From contig NW_019028991.1 in assembly GCF_002105155.1 (NCBI RefSeq), forward strand, positions 372,001-436,000: 64,000 nucleotides of DNA, written 5' to 3'. The DNA is from Lobosporangium transversale. Taxonomy: Eukaryota. The notes beneath the pieces were generated by a model. The model worked only from the letters and a program-made list of their open reading frames with translations, did no database searches and had not been told where the DNA came from. This document shows, one piece after another, positions 26,521-45,054 of this stretch; position 1 is the stretch's first letter, and each line of letters begins with the position of its first letter. Position numbers and translations under genes: made by a program.

Positions 26521-26917
26521 TGAAAGGATCGCGCGCTCCCCCTGTAAATCGCGCACGGCGCTAGGCACAAGCATTTGGATGCTGGCGAAAAATGTGTAAG
26601 CTCTTGTTCATTTTCGTCTCCTGTTCATTTTCGTCTCCTGTATCCCTCTACCTGTTCTTTCACTGAATTTCTGGACTAACTTTAAAAACCTTACAGATCA
26701 GCAGGTATGAGGCGCTCCATTAATTTAAAAAACTATATGGGTTTGTGATTAAATGAACCGATACTTTACATATTCATTCAATACTTCTTTTTTATCTTTT
26801 AAGGAAAAATGCATTGGCATGAGGGAAGCGTAATAAAAACCATATAAAAAATAATAAAAAATAAAAATAACGAAAGAAAAGGGGAAAGAGAAGAAAGGGG
26901 AAAGGTCACATCGTTCT

Positions 26918-31936
<5,019 letters not shown>

Positions 31937-32519
31937 TTTAGGGTAAAGATAGTGAAATGCAAGAAATGCAATCAGGAATGCGCAGAGACAGAGGACAAGG
32001 AAGTTCTTAGGTGCAGTATGGTTGGGAATATAAGATAAGTGTTCAATGATGGAGAACCCTTGCTGTCAGCAAAAGAAAGAGCCTTCTTTGCTGATAAACG
32101 GTGATGTTTTGGGATTATTGCACTGTATGCAGTCTCCTTCCAATAACGCTACAGTCTGCTTCGACTTGATTGCGTGATTCTCCTTGTCTGAGCCTTTTTA
32201 GACAGTGAAAGGATAGATACGTTGCACCAGCCGATGTTTTATAAAGGTCAATCACTGAAAAATGTCTCTTGTCTCCTCTGAATATGACAGAATTGATATC
32301 GAACAACAATGGAATAGGGATGAGGGATACCAAGAAAAAAAAAGATAACAGTAAGAATAAAGGAAGTGAGGAGAAAGAGGGAGAAAGAGTGAGTTCAAAT
32401 CCACTAACAGCACAAGTCTCTCTCAAAGTACGTCATAAAGGTGACTGTGAAAAGGCAGATTAATGTTGTGAGGATCAGCATCCACCGATCCTGATCCAGA
32501 TCTTGCCACTCCATTTTCG

Positions 32520-34570
32520 TCTTAGGCTAAAGATAGAGTGGTCGCTGTTGAAAGATTAAATAACCACGAACAGCATTGGCAATATTGTATACTGCCATCA
32601 CATCTCGATACATGAGTGTTTTGCATTTTTAAAATACATTCTCCGCATATCCATCTGGCATACAAATTCCTGGCATGTAGGGCATCCTTTGGATTGTAAT
32701 ACCTGTTAACACCACCAGCAACATAGTCTTGCGACCGAACCTTAGTTATTCAAAGAAACTAAGTAAGTTGTGTTAAGAAATATATTACATTTTGTAGCTG
32801 GAGACCGAACCCATTGGTTCGGATAGGATAAATCCCTTGACCGGTTCAAAATTGTCGGATGTATGCCGCTGCATATCTTCCAGAGATACTAGTCTAGTCT
32901 TGTCCCTAAACCCTCGAGATCCCTTACGAACTGTAAAGGCCTTCTTACAGGAGTGAGGAGCTTTGTAATGATGGATCCTGGTGGCACAACATATTGTAAG
33001 ATACTTTGGAGATCTTTAAATTGAGGTGTATACTGAATACATCCTTGTCAGCCAAGGAGTAAATATAATCGATCATTCATTTACCTTTCCATGGAGCCCC
33101 TAGACCCCATTTCTATATGTCCTCTTTTCGTAACAACGATAACAACGAGTATGGGGCCCGTTCATTTAGCTCCGCCTTGCCTATTCTGTTACTCAATAAT
33201 CCCAGCCCTTGGGCTCGACAACTGAAATCCTCGACTTTCTTGACCCTTGGGTAGTTATGGGAATAGAGATAATCATTTATGGAGCAATGAAGGTGCAAGG
33301 GCCCTTTTAGTGTTTTCGGTGTGACCTTGATTGCCTAAATTGACTTTTTCTTTTGCTATTTTCGTTACATTTATACTATTTGAAACCGCTAAACATTTGT
33401 TGTTTAATATTGTTGAATCTCCTTCCTTGAAATTATCAGAGGAAAATACGCTTAGTAAATTGGCCTAATTTTTTTTTTCCCATTCTGACCGCCAAATGGA
33501 CAATATCATTGAAGTAGTTGGTGGTTGCTATAAAAGCGTGCTTGTCACGTAAGGGTTGTCGCTCATTCTCTGAAGAGATGTCATTCATCAGAGTTTTCTT
33601 AAACTTTACCTGTATAGTGCCAATATTAAGGACGACCATGGGGTGTTCCCGCTGCGTTGCTTTAGCCAATTTAGCTTCCGTATTGCCCGGTTCTTTGTGA
33701 GATAAATTGGTCATGGATTTCTTCTTGGGGACGGCAGCGATAGGCATATATGGTTTCAATTTCCGTGGTTTTCAAATATGCTGCTTCATGGCTGAAGGCG
33801 GCTCATACTCTTGATTTCAAGAACGATGCTTAATAAAATATCGTGATCGGTGTGCAGAGACTGAGGTGTAAGTTAAGGATATCGATTCTTGATGAGAAGA
33901 CGAAGCTTGGGGTCAACTATCTTGTATTTATTAAAGCCATGGATCGATTTCGATCGAACCTTCTCTGGGATAAAACCTAGATAAATAAGTTGGTGAGTAA
34001 GTTGGAGTCTAGGTCCAATAACTTGAACTAGGAACAAGAAATAGGATTTTAACTACAGTCATGCCTCTCTGTTTTGATAAAATATCAAAAACAGTGAAGC
34101 AAGGTATTCAATCCAATTCAAAAATATATTTGAACCTCTGTAATTTGAACTGAAACATTTATTGTCACCGTCGTGACATGACATTACGATTTGCATTCTA
34201 TCCTTCTCACTCCATGACCAAAAGACATTCTCAAAAATCAAACAAGAACATCAAGAAATCAAATTACAGAGGTTCAAATATATTTTTGAATTGGATTGAA
34301 TACCTTGCTTCACTGTTTTTGATATTTTATCAAAACAGAGAGGCATGACTGTACATGTTAATCATCGTGATTCTTGACTATTTCCAATTTTGACTCGCGA
34401 AGTCGATTGAAGTCTTTGCGGACACTGCCATTTATTATAACGTCCTCTCGCAAAGAACTTGTGGAAGCAGGTCCTTGTAGTGTTTGTCTTCGACGAACAA
34501 ATACATTTATGAGATCTTCGAAAGCTTAACTTGTTTTTTCGGAATCTTTATGAGCAAGGTATTGTATGAC
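32520..34570 (-). pseudogene. Fanzor relic B (large fungal Fanzor1-like, internally deleted, interrupted by a MITE)
   Basis: Hand translation 32728-32520 with two frameshifts: DYVAGGVNRYY/SKGCPTCQEFVCQMDMRRMYFK/KCKTLMYRDVMAVYNIANAVRGYLIFQQRPLYL*P (RuvC-II, Zn finger, RD RuvC-III). Upstream SIRTNGFGLQL (~32830-32795, TDG-like motif), VPPGSIITKLL, EHPMVVLNIGTI (ORF 33436-33759) and further decayed coding to ~34570. The 5' limit is uncertain. Confidence 0.8.
34056..34351. mobile_element. Tc1/mariner-type MITE, 296 bp, 93-bp perfect TIRs, TA target-site duplication
   Basis: TA|CAGTCATGCCTCTCTG... (34056-34148) is the reverse complement of 34259-34351 ...CAGAGAGGCATGACTG|TA. Confidence 0.92.
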
Positions 34571-35216
34571 GACTGTCTTAGCGGTTACTTTTTTTTAGTG
34601 TTATGAGTGCGATGCTTGATGGCATATCGAGCTGGCTATTCGAAGGAGCTTTTTTGATATCCCTCTTTTTTGTCTCATGAAGTAGAATAATCGATAGCCT
34701 TTAATTGTTATGAAGGCCAATGAATGGTCAGGTCAAAAAAAAAAAAACGTCGCGATGTGCAGAAAACTGAAGTACCTCAGCTGTTTGATCAATGGCCTCT
34801 TCTAAACACTGCTAACACATATATTATTTCATCATTAGGGAACCAATAGCATGGTGTCCTTTATTTCGGCCGGTGCCATCTCCAGTCGACTTGCACAAAG
34901 TTCTATTGCTTCGTATCTTGGGACGTTGGGGCAGTGAGAATATGGATTTTTGCGAGTTTTCCAAGAGTTGTTAACGCAGGTCCTGAAAATGATGCAGGAG
35001 AAACTGATTGAGCTGTGTTAAAGTTAATTGCAGTTATGGGTGGTTTTAAGATGAAGTTCTCGGGGCCACACTTTCTAATCGCTATTGTCACTTTCAAGGA
35101 CGCTGTTCGCGAGAGAAAAAGCGTTCATATCGAAGGAGCAGGCATCAATAAAAAAATACGAGCTGAATGTATTATATAAATATATACTATATCTCCAACC
35201 AATCAGATGCGTAGAC

Positions 35217-37112
35217 TTATTTAATTAACTTGTCCTTTTTCTTGACCGACAATCCAAAAATGTTGTCAATCTCTGTTGTCTTCGACTTCTTCTGGTTGAT
35301 GATCGCTCCAAAGATATCTTCAATCTCTCTCTTGTTATTGCCCTTGCCCTTACTCTTCTCCTTCTGTACGGCCTTTCTTGGCAGTGGTGCGGATCCTTTC
35401 ACAGACGGAGATGGCGGTGCGATCTTTGATTGATCGTGATCGAAAATGTCATCAAAATTACCAATAGAGCCTTTGCCGCTCTCAAGTCTAATGCGAGTAC
35501 TCGGTTCAGGCGAAGATCGTATAGATGGAGATGTGGAAGAATTGGATTCAGTCCCGTTTCCACTATATTTCTTGCCTAGCTTTTTCTTTTCCTTGATTCC
35601 TTGCCTTTTTTGTTTCTCATCCTTGCTGAAAATTGTATCCAAATCCAGTTTCATTTTCTTTGGTTTTTCCATGCCTGCAAGAGAAGATGAGGCCATCTTT
35701 CCAAACACATTATCATTTTCCATGAAAAGGTCGGACCGTCGGTTGCCGTCACTGTTAAAGGATATATCATTGCCTTCCTCACAATTTGATTTATCTGAAG
35801 ATGAGGAAGAGATCGTTCGTTGCTTCGAGATATGCAGTGTATGTGGCGCCAAAGGTGATTCTGAAGAAGGTAGAAAAGATGATCGCTGAATAACTTCGCC
35901 CAAATCCTGTGCCAATGTTGGTGATTCTTCATGTCGCTTACTTGAATGTATTGTTAATGGCAGGGAAAGTGCATCTGAGTCCTCAGAATGATAGCCCACA
36001 ACAATACTTTGTAAAGACTCCGGGAGTTGCGCCTCAAAGTCAACAAGCTCTGAATGGCCTTTTTCGTTTGGGAATGATTTGATCCATTCACTTAGTAATT
36101 CGTAACAATCCATCAACTCACCAACCCATGCTTTTGATAAGAGAGACAGTCTGCTACACAGTCCAATTGCAACTAAGGCGAATGACATAAACTGTGTTTT
36201 CGACATGAGCTGGTAGCATGCTCTGGAGAGCGTCAAATAATAAAGAAAAAGATAGAAAATTAGTCTTTTTTTATCTAAGTAATAATTTCGCTGAAAGCGA
36301 CAGTCATTTGAACACAGCATAAACGAATGTACGCACCCATATGTCTCATGAAGAGCTGTTTGTAATTTTTTGTGCAACAAAACTAGGCTGATTATGCGAG
36401 TCATTGTGAAAGCCACGGTTGACCGATAGGGAATGGAGTCCCATTGAAGGTTTGAAGCAGATACGGTTTTCAAGCTGTAGTAATATTGTTACGAAAAAAA
36501 AAAAAGGTACATCGGTTTATTGGGGCGCTTATTTGAATGACATAAATTAAAAGCTATAGAGGCACAATGGAGACCAACCTTTTCTCAGAATAAAACTTCT
36601 TTACAAGTTCATCAATAAGTCCGACCATATTGACTTCTTTGATGCGTGAAGTAAGGCGGCGACACTACGATATATTGTGAGCAGAAGCTGATGTGAGGGA
36701 AGGCGCTAACATGGCATCGATATTTATACATTTTGAAGTTTTAGGTAGATACCTCACATAGCCGTTGAAAATAGCCTGCCTGCCTATGTTGTGATTTGTT
36801 TTTATAGTGCATTCGCTCCAAAATAGCACACTCTTCCCAGAACTCTCGCCGATGTAGCCATTCTTGAAAGCCTAGTAGCTTTTCAAAATTGGTATTATGG
36901 TCCGCTGATCCCTGAAGTGCGGTTCGAGGCAAGAATGTCTTTTGTTTTGAGTTTGAACTCGGTGAAATGGACACATCACGTGGCGAAGATGCTGGAGTAG
37001 CAAATCGAAGTGCGACTTTGGAGACAACCTGCGGAGGTAGGGTTGTTGTAGGCGGCGGTGTGACCCAGCGTTGCTGGTAGAAAGGAATGTGCTGTTGATC
37101 AATTGTGGTCAT
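35217..37112 (-). CDS. DUF4477 (NEPRO/Rmp1, RNase MRP subunit-like) protein with Lys-rich C-terminus, multi-exon
   Basis: EFWEECAILERMHYKNKSQHRQAGYFQRL matches the recalled 'YKN.NQHR...F..L' family motif; later QLMSKTQFMSFALVAIGLCSRL; C-terminal EIEDIFG/EIDNIFG repeats typical of nucleolar proteins. Confidence 0.75.
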
Positions 37113-37723
37113 GGTGAATAAAGAAGACTTTCTGAGATGTCACTTGCATTAGCAAATGGCCAAAAAAAAAAAAAAAAAAAATTTAATTGAAGTCACTGCC
37201 TAGAGACTTGGGCGAAGCATAACAATGCATTTTCCCATCCTCCGCTTTTCGCTTCGTGCGACAACTCATATCAGCAGAAAAGCCTACTATAGATTACATC
37301 CTTTCCCCCTACGCATAATATGAGACATGCATAGCGGTCTTAGGCCATACTATTGCGCTCTTGGAACAAATTGATGGAATTTTAATCATAAAGACGATCT
37401 CTCATCCATGAATGTCAGTCATGCACTAATATTAATAAGAGACTCTCACAGAAAGAGACTTGACGAAGTCAATGGAGACGGTGCTAGCGTTGCAAACCGA
37501 TCATGACTTTAAAAAAAATAAAATAAAATAAAAAAAAGAAAGTGTACGGAACAATAATTAACAATTGGTTGCTCTACATGCCTAAGAAACTGAATAATTT
37601 TATATGAAGAACGCTATTTTACGAACAGGAGCGACTTAACAGTTAGTCAGTGTTCACTCCAACTTTCAGAATACTACTTTGAATAATATAAAATATGAAT
37701 GCTAACTTGCTGGTTAATTCAGG

Positions 37724-38952
37724 CTATGTGCTCTTCCTCTGTATCAGCCGTCGCTGGGCAGCGTTCCGAGCTTCGTTTAGCAACTGGTCCTGCATTAATC
37801 GTGTGTCCAATGCCATCATGCTCATCTGTCGCTTAAGAAGCGCCATATTTGTCTCACTGCCTCTAAAAGCATCGAATGTACTCTGCAGCTGTCCAATTGA
37901 TTCAGCATCTATCATGAGACTTGAGATATTTAATATGTCGCTTGAATAGAAATGTAATCTTAAGGTCATATATCTGCAGCCTGTAAAAAAAAAAAAAAAA
38001 AAAAAAAGCTTACTTGAAAGTGCGGTTAGCAGTTCTAGGCGGTCAATCAGAGCCTTCATGTTGTTCTTTTCTTGCTCTTTCGAAGGGACTAGAATTGGTC
38101 CGATCTGAGAGATCGCAATGAAAGTTGAAATGAAAGCTTGGTGAAGGATAGCGATCTGTTCAAAGGTAACACGGTGGGGTATAATATAGGACAGGGACGT
38201 GAGCGGTTTTGAACGGGTCACCATAGCTAGTTCCAATCCAGCCATCCCAAAGAGCACAACAAAGCGCCAATATCGTCCAAATTGTCCCTTTCCAATAAGA
38301 CTCATCAGTACTAAGACAGCTCCAGTACTAAGATAGTATGTATAAAACGACGAGAGGCCACGTGTGATGTGATCCTTAATAGTCTTGCAAGTTGTGCAAG
38401 TGATAACGTCTGGTCCAAATCGATCGTATGCCGATTTGACTACTGGATCACTCAGGACCTCATGTGCCGCTCTGATGCGAATGAACGTATCTATGATGCG
38501 AAAATGGTATGGTTTTTTTTAAATAAAAAAAAAAAAAAAAAAAAAAAAAGTCAGTGAAATAATAGAAGAAAAAAAATCGCTTCAATGTTAAAATAAACAA
38601 TATGATTATTACCTGCACCAGCCTGCCCGACTTTATCTGGATGGAATGTAAGGGATGCTTTCCTAAAACTTGTCTTGAGCTGCTTCTGAGAAAATGTATG
38701 AAAATTCAGATCAAGCAGATCATAGCAATTGGTCTGCGTAGCTCTGTCGACTTCAATTATTGTATATGCCAAGTAAGCGAGGACAACTGCACAGTAGATG
38801 CGGTTGTAGTGGCGACGGTATTTAGGTGTGTTGGGTGCTGGTTTGGCTCCAGAGTCAACGGGATACTTTAAGGAGTACCAGATGGATTGAAGTATGCCTG
38901 TTGCTATTGAAGGCAAAAATGCCCAACCGAATAGTCCTGTGTACGCCTCCAT
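37724..38952 (-). CDS. Membrane-associated J-domain (DnaJ) protein, multi-exon
   Basis: CYDLLDL...FRKASLTFHPDK J-domain with HPD; next exon ...LSDPVKSAYDRFG-like; flanking hydrophobic TM segments. Confidence 0.85.
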
Positions 38953-39281
38953 TGCCTTTTAGACGCTGAAATAATAAATACTGGCCTTGAGGGAGTCGTG
39001 TATTGTTGACTTTCCAATGAAGAATGAACGATGTTGTGTCAAAATAAAAATAAATAAATATCCTATCAGATGAATGGGTAGAGACAGAATGTGGTCACAG
39101 TCACATTTCTGGAGTAACACGTCTCCTGAATTTCTCAGGCCGTCAATGAACATGTAGGACAGCATCCGCTAAATGAAACATTTGGCTCCTGTAAATTTAT
39201 ACAGTTAGGCCAGGTTCCCAATTGCAACATAAACATTCAGTTCTTCATCCTTCTCAACGACATTCCATTTCATCCTTCGAG

Positions 39282-42200
39282 ATGGCACTCCTTGGAAAAA
39301 AAGCAGATAAACAGTGGCGGTTTGTGGGCCAAGAGGTCACCCAACTCGAGGACTTGACAGAGGAGCATATTCGTGCAGTCTATGGCCTAAGCCCTACTAC
39401 GAATAATAAACATGAGACCATGGGAAATGGCTCAAATGAAGCCAGCAATAAAAGCAGTAGCAACTCCAGATTTCCATACTGTGGCAACCATTATACTAAC
39501 TTATCTTCTGGAAATACTCAAGCCAGTCGAGAAAAGTCAAACTCTTGTTCTGCTTCCCGATGCAAGGATGGAAATCCTCACTGTCTAAATTACATGGGAC
39601 AGGCCCAATGGGAGAGTGATGGTATTGTGGATTATCACCAGATATATAGTGTACTACCTGGCTGTAATATTGCACTGACAATATCTGTAATAACACGTTT
39701 TTTTTTTTTTTTTTTTTTTTTTTCAGATGCATTTGAATCTTACTTTGCTAAGGTCGCTGTTCGGCAATGCCCTGAGCCCCTAAAGCGCCAAGAGGATACT
39801 CCTGCTGGGATGAAGGTAGCTACAATAGTTTAATATATCGGACTAAATTATTGGTAGATATTGGTCTAATCTGCATTCTTCACTGACATTAGAACCTCGG
39901 TGCTACGTGCTATGTGAATTCACTTCTTCAAGTATGGTTTCATGATCTGGCCTTTCGGGACGCAATATATCGATGCCGCTTCCAAACCAATATAGACAAT
40001 TCTATGGTAAGATAAAACCATCTTTATTACTGTCAAATGAAAGACCATTATAACACGAACTCTTTTTTTACATCTTTGAAATCAACTCAGAACGCCCTGT
40101 ATCAGCTTCAACTACTATTTGCGCATCTGAATTGCGGAACGAAGTCATATTACAATCCTCAATCACTTGTCACGAGTCTTAAGTTGGATACAGCTATGCA
40201 GCAGGATGCACAAGAGTAAGATTTCAATTAAGCTCTTCTCTTAGTCTGAACGAAACATGTCACATACCTACAAGCTCCACAACTCTGCATTTTGCTAGGT
40301 TCTGTAGCTTGTTTATGGCCCAGATAGACAATCAATTCAAAAAGCAAGCGGATGGGCAGCTGGGCAATTTTATCAATAATCAGGTAGAGACCTATTTCCG
40401 CATAAGAACTATAAAGAGCGTTTGAATATGAAGGCTACTCACCACTATCATTGATACTGCTCAACTTAGTTTCAAGGCCGCTACTCGTATCACACGCAAT
40501 GCAAGAACTGTAAAAAAATATCCGTACGAGACTGCACTTTTTATGAATTGCTTCTTAACATCAAGGATAACTGCACTTTGTTGGATTGTCTTGAAGAGTT
40601 CATCGAGCCTGAAGAACTCTTAGGAGCAGATCAGTAAGTAACAGCCAGCTTAAAAAAGGTATTTGCACTCCCATGTCTGATCTATAACTTAGTCCTTCTT
40701 TTGTCTTTTTTAACTTCTAGATATTCGTGCTCAACCTGCGGTTCATTACAAGATGCAACTAGAAGAGTCAGGATTGATAAGCTGCCACCAGTATGTGGAA
40801 ATATGATTAACTCATGTATAAAGTATTGGTGACTCTCGTCTCTTATACGCTAAAATACCCATTTTCAATCGCATATTTAGGTCTTAAATGTCCAGTTGAT
40901 GCGCTTCGTCTATGATAGTGCTACATGGACAAAAAAGAAGTCCAAGGATACCATCCGCTTTCCCGAAACAATTGACTTTTCGGAACTACTGGGGACCAAA
41001 GAGAATGCCATTTATAATCTCACAGCAGTCCTCGTCCACAGTGGGCCAAGCGCCCATTCTGGTCATTTTTTGGCACATGTACTGAATAAAGAGTAAGCAA
41101 CAATGCCAATAATGCTTAGTTATCAATGCCATATGAATTATTCTAAATCTCAACCCTTACTATATGTTTAGGAGCAACAAGTGGTTCGTTCTGAATGACG
41201 AAGAGGTAAGGCAGTTTCACGGAACTAAATTTGACCCTGAGAGCTATTCTGAGTCAGAGGCAAACCCCACTAGTAAGAAAACATCGGCCAGAAATAAAGG
41301 AACAAATGACCAGAAGAGCCAAAAGTAGGTAGCATAGAACTGGTTATTATCTCAAGCTCTCGTAGTGAATTGAGATTAACTTGACATGGCTCCCTTTTAC
41401 TTTGATCCCATACGAACGGCAGCATTCTTTCCTCCCGCAACGCGTATATGCTGACCTATACCAGAAGTACAGCCAAGTGCCAGATCGAGCCATGTAAACC
41501 TCCAAGAGAGGCGCTTGACATCGTGTTGCGGGATAATACTGATCATGGAAATGAGATAAACAAATATGAGCAATAGTAAGCTGTTATTTCTGCTATATTT
41601 GTTGCTATTGTTGCATACCATAGATCATGAATAAACACGCTTATCCTTCAAAGTGCTATTACGGACTGGATCCACTAGTAAAGAAACGCTCAAATCAGAA
41701 TTTGAAAAAGTGTGTGGTGAACGCAAGGCAATCTATAGCTGCTGGGATGTGAATAGTGACCAGGTAAATCCACAACCTCATGAAGCTTTCGGAATAAGGA
41801 TTTTCGAAGAAGCATCTTAATCTTGCTTTTATTACATAGCAAGGCCAATGCTATATAGCCACAGAGGAACTTATAAAATTCATACAGCAGGAACGTAATA
41901 CTTGCTTGAAGCTTGACAACAGCAGTATTATCTGTGAACATGGGAAATTGTGTCCAAAGGCCTTTACCAAGAGCAAGCGCATTAGCGAAGTACTACCTTT
42001 TTTTTAAAAAAATTCCATGAAAACTGAACTCGATTGTTTACTCAAGGCTCTAATTTTGCTAAAACTCAGGCTGCTAAAGAACTTTTAGTGAATAAGCATC
42101 AGGTTGAGATTGCTCCTATGCTGACTATACATGATTTTTGCGGCAATTGCATCAGAAATATTGTCCAAGGTAGGAGGATGTGGTAAATGCTGTATTTGCC

Positions 42201-44276
42201 TTCCAAAATGGTCTGCAGCTATTGACGCATAGATTAAATGTTCTCTTATTACTACTGGTGGTTAGACAAGCTCTATCGTATCGTACATCGTCGAGACGTC
42301 GATGAGTTCGAGAGGAAATCTAGGGGCATTAAAAGCCCAACGATTGCATGGGTATCCAAACTTTGGCTTGCAGAATGGCTAAAGGCAAGCCCACGGTTTC
42401 ATCCATCGAATGGGACGGCTGCTGATGACCCTAACCCCATGGCTGATCCATATAAAGCTGATATTATCTGTCCTCATCGTCGCCTTACAGTGGACAAGTC
42501 AAAACGCAAATTGATTAATAAAGCGGTCAGTTGGAGCGACGTATATGTTGTATATTTTTCCTCCGCATGGCTGTGTGCGCGGCTTTTATATATTTTAACA
42601 TTGGGCTTCGTGGTCTAATGATTGGTATTCATAGGCCTTAGATGTATTAGAACGTGTTTTTGGGGCATTAAACCTACCCTCCAGCGATGCTACCGAGTGC
42701 ACAACATGCCTTGACAACTTTCAGCCTCATGTCGAGAACATAAAAGAAATGACGGCCAAGGCATCATTTGAGAAGGTATGTAAGAACCAAGTAGAGAGCT
42801 ACAACTGTATCAATTAGAAACTATCCAATCCTCTTTTTTTTTTCATATATAGACTGAACTTTCTGAACTTATTATGCGGGGAGCACGTATACGGCAAATG
42901 GAGACAGGAAGGAACTATTATGCCGTCTCCACAAGTAAGGTTTGTGAATATGTCCTTGTCGAAGCGTGTTACAGCTACTCATAATTTAACCCGTTTTTCC
43001 TTTCCCTTAAAAAAAAAAAAAAAAAAAAAAGCTGGGTTTATCAAAAAATGGCTAGACTATATCAAAAAGCCTGCTATAAATTTGCAGCCAACTATGATTG
43101 ATAACTCAAGCCTCTTGTGCGCACATGGCCAATTCATGTACGATCTTGAGAACTCTACTGATGCCGAAAATGAAGGTGATCTCTATGTGATAAATGAGGG
43201 AGAATGGATCTATCTTCAAACTATGTATGTCCTCTATAACTTACTTTTTGATCGTGGATAAGGACGAAAGACCTGAAACTGAACTTTCTTGGGTGAGACT
43301 TTTTTCTAGGTATGGTGGCGGTACACCAATTCTGATAAGGCAGATAGAAGCTATGGACAGTGATATGAAGCCAGAAACAACCTTACCCGTATTAAAAGTA
43401 GAACCTAGCGTTTGTTTGGCATGCAGGAATGAAAGGTATCAATTGAATTGCTAATGGCAATGTTTATAGTTTCTACGATGTGAACACTACCTAACATCGA
43501 CTATACTCCCGACTTAAAGGATCCTAGACTTTACATCTACAACGCTATTGATTCGGCTACACTCTTCAGACGAGAACAGGTCTAAGGATAATCGCTCAGG
43601 CGCAGTGGCGCCACCAAGCCAAACCCTTGCTCCACCCTCTCTTCAAAGGGTGCCCTCGCCAACTGTCTTTTTGAATGATACACAGTCAAAAAGGAAAAAT
43701 ATGTTCAGCACAACGTCAAACCTTGGTATGGGGACACGAAGATCCAAGCGCTCTAAGGTCACCAAGAAGTCGTACAAAGAGATCAAACTGCAGGTCAGCA
43801 AGTGGGAAACTATAATGGAGCTGAAGCTGAAGGTACTATAAAGCCCGTTTTTACCTTTCCCCCTCCAAAAGAATAAATTAGTTTGATGAATTCACTCGCC
43901 AGTGTTCGTTTTTCCTTATTAAATAGATTATGCAAAAGACAAACATTGTGCCATTGTACCAAAAGCTCATGTATAATAATACAGAGCTTGATCAAAATGA
44001 GAGTACAATTGCAGAACAAGAAATTCTGCCGAATGCGGCCTTAGATCTTATACCGTTTGATCAGGGCATGGACGACCTTGATTTTGACAACTTTCAAGGT
44101 AATAAATCATGCCCATTTGACAGATGCGTAACTTACTACAAATTAATGGAACTGGATTCTAATCCACCCTGTCTCTTAACCTTAAATTGGAACGATCAAC
44201 TACGCCAGACGTGGCTGCTACACCAGCGGATGCAGGTGGATTTGGAGGTACAGGACTGACAGAAGAATGGTTCTAA
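39282..44276 (+). CDS. USP48: Ubiquitin-specific protease 48-like (USP + DUSP + C-terminal UBL), many exons
   Basis: N-terminal '[10 protein letters not shown]...CKDGNPHCL' USP48 signature; [19 protein letters not shown]ys box; [19 protein letters not shown]is box; [13 protein letters not shown] (VPLYQKL); end [13 protein letters not shown]. Confidence 0.9.
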
Positions 44277-45054
44277 ACACCTTTATCATTCATCCCAGCT
44301 GGGGCTTTCAAGACCAGTTGAGGCTGTGTTCACCCGTGCTTTTGTTTTGTTTGTAGTTGCCAATAATTCATCTTTATTTGCGGATGTATAAACATTCCTT
44401 GAGAAGATGATCGTAAGGAATAGAAATAGTAGATAGCAAGTGGGAAGGGCAGTATCACAAAAATATAAGGCGAAGCAATCGCCACCAAGTTTCTTTGTGT
44501 GACAAGGCTCGTGATCACAACTCATGGCAGTCAGAAGACTGAGGTGGGAACACATACATCGACTTGTATATATTTGCATTCCTGCATGCAGAACTTTGAG
44601 ACCCATGGTATCCGTCTGATCTAAGCTCAAATGACTCTGATATTCCCTCTGCCTGTCGTCATTTATTTTCATTTTTGCCTCTTTGCCTACGTTCTGTTTG
44701 TTTTCTCTTCTTTAACCCGTGTCCCCTACTCGCAGTAGCGTGTTTTATTCTTTTGGGACCTATTCTTTCCTATCAGCCGCTGGCTGACTCGCAAGAACAC
44801 TCTTCCTTATTCTCGCTGCATGCCGATGATATGTAAACAAAGACAGTAGAGAGAACACAACATTTTAAGCAGAAATAAAAGCGATCCCCTTTCCTTCCCC
44901 ATACACTTTTTTACCTCTATTCTTTTCACATTTCAGTCTCAATTCTCATTTCGTCTACATTCTACATAACGGAAGCATCACTCCACTGTATTTGAATTAA
45001 TTCATAAAAACCCCTCATCATTTGAAAACGTGTCCCACACAACACAAAAACGAC

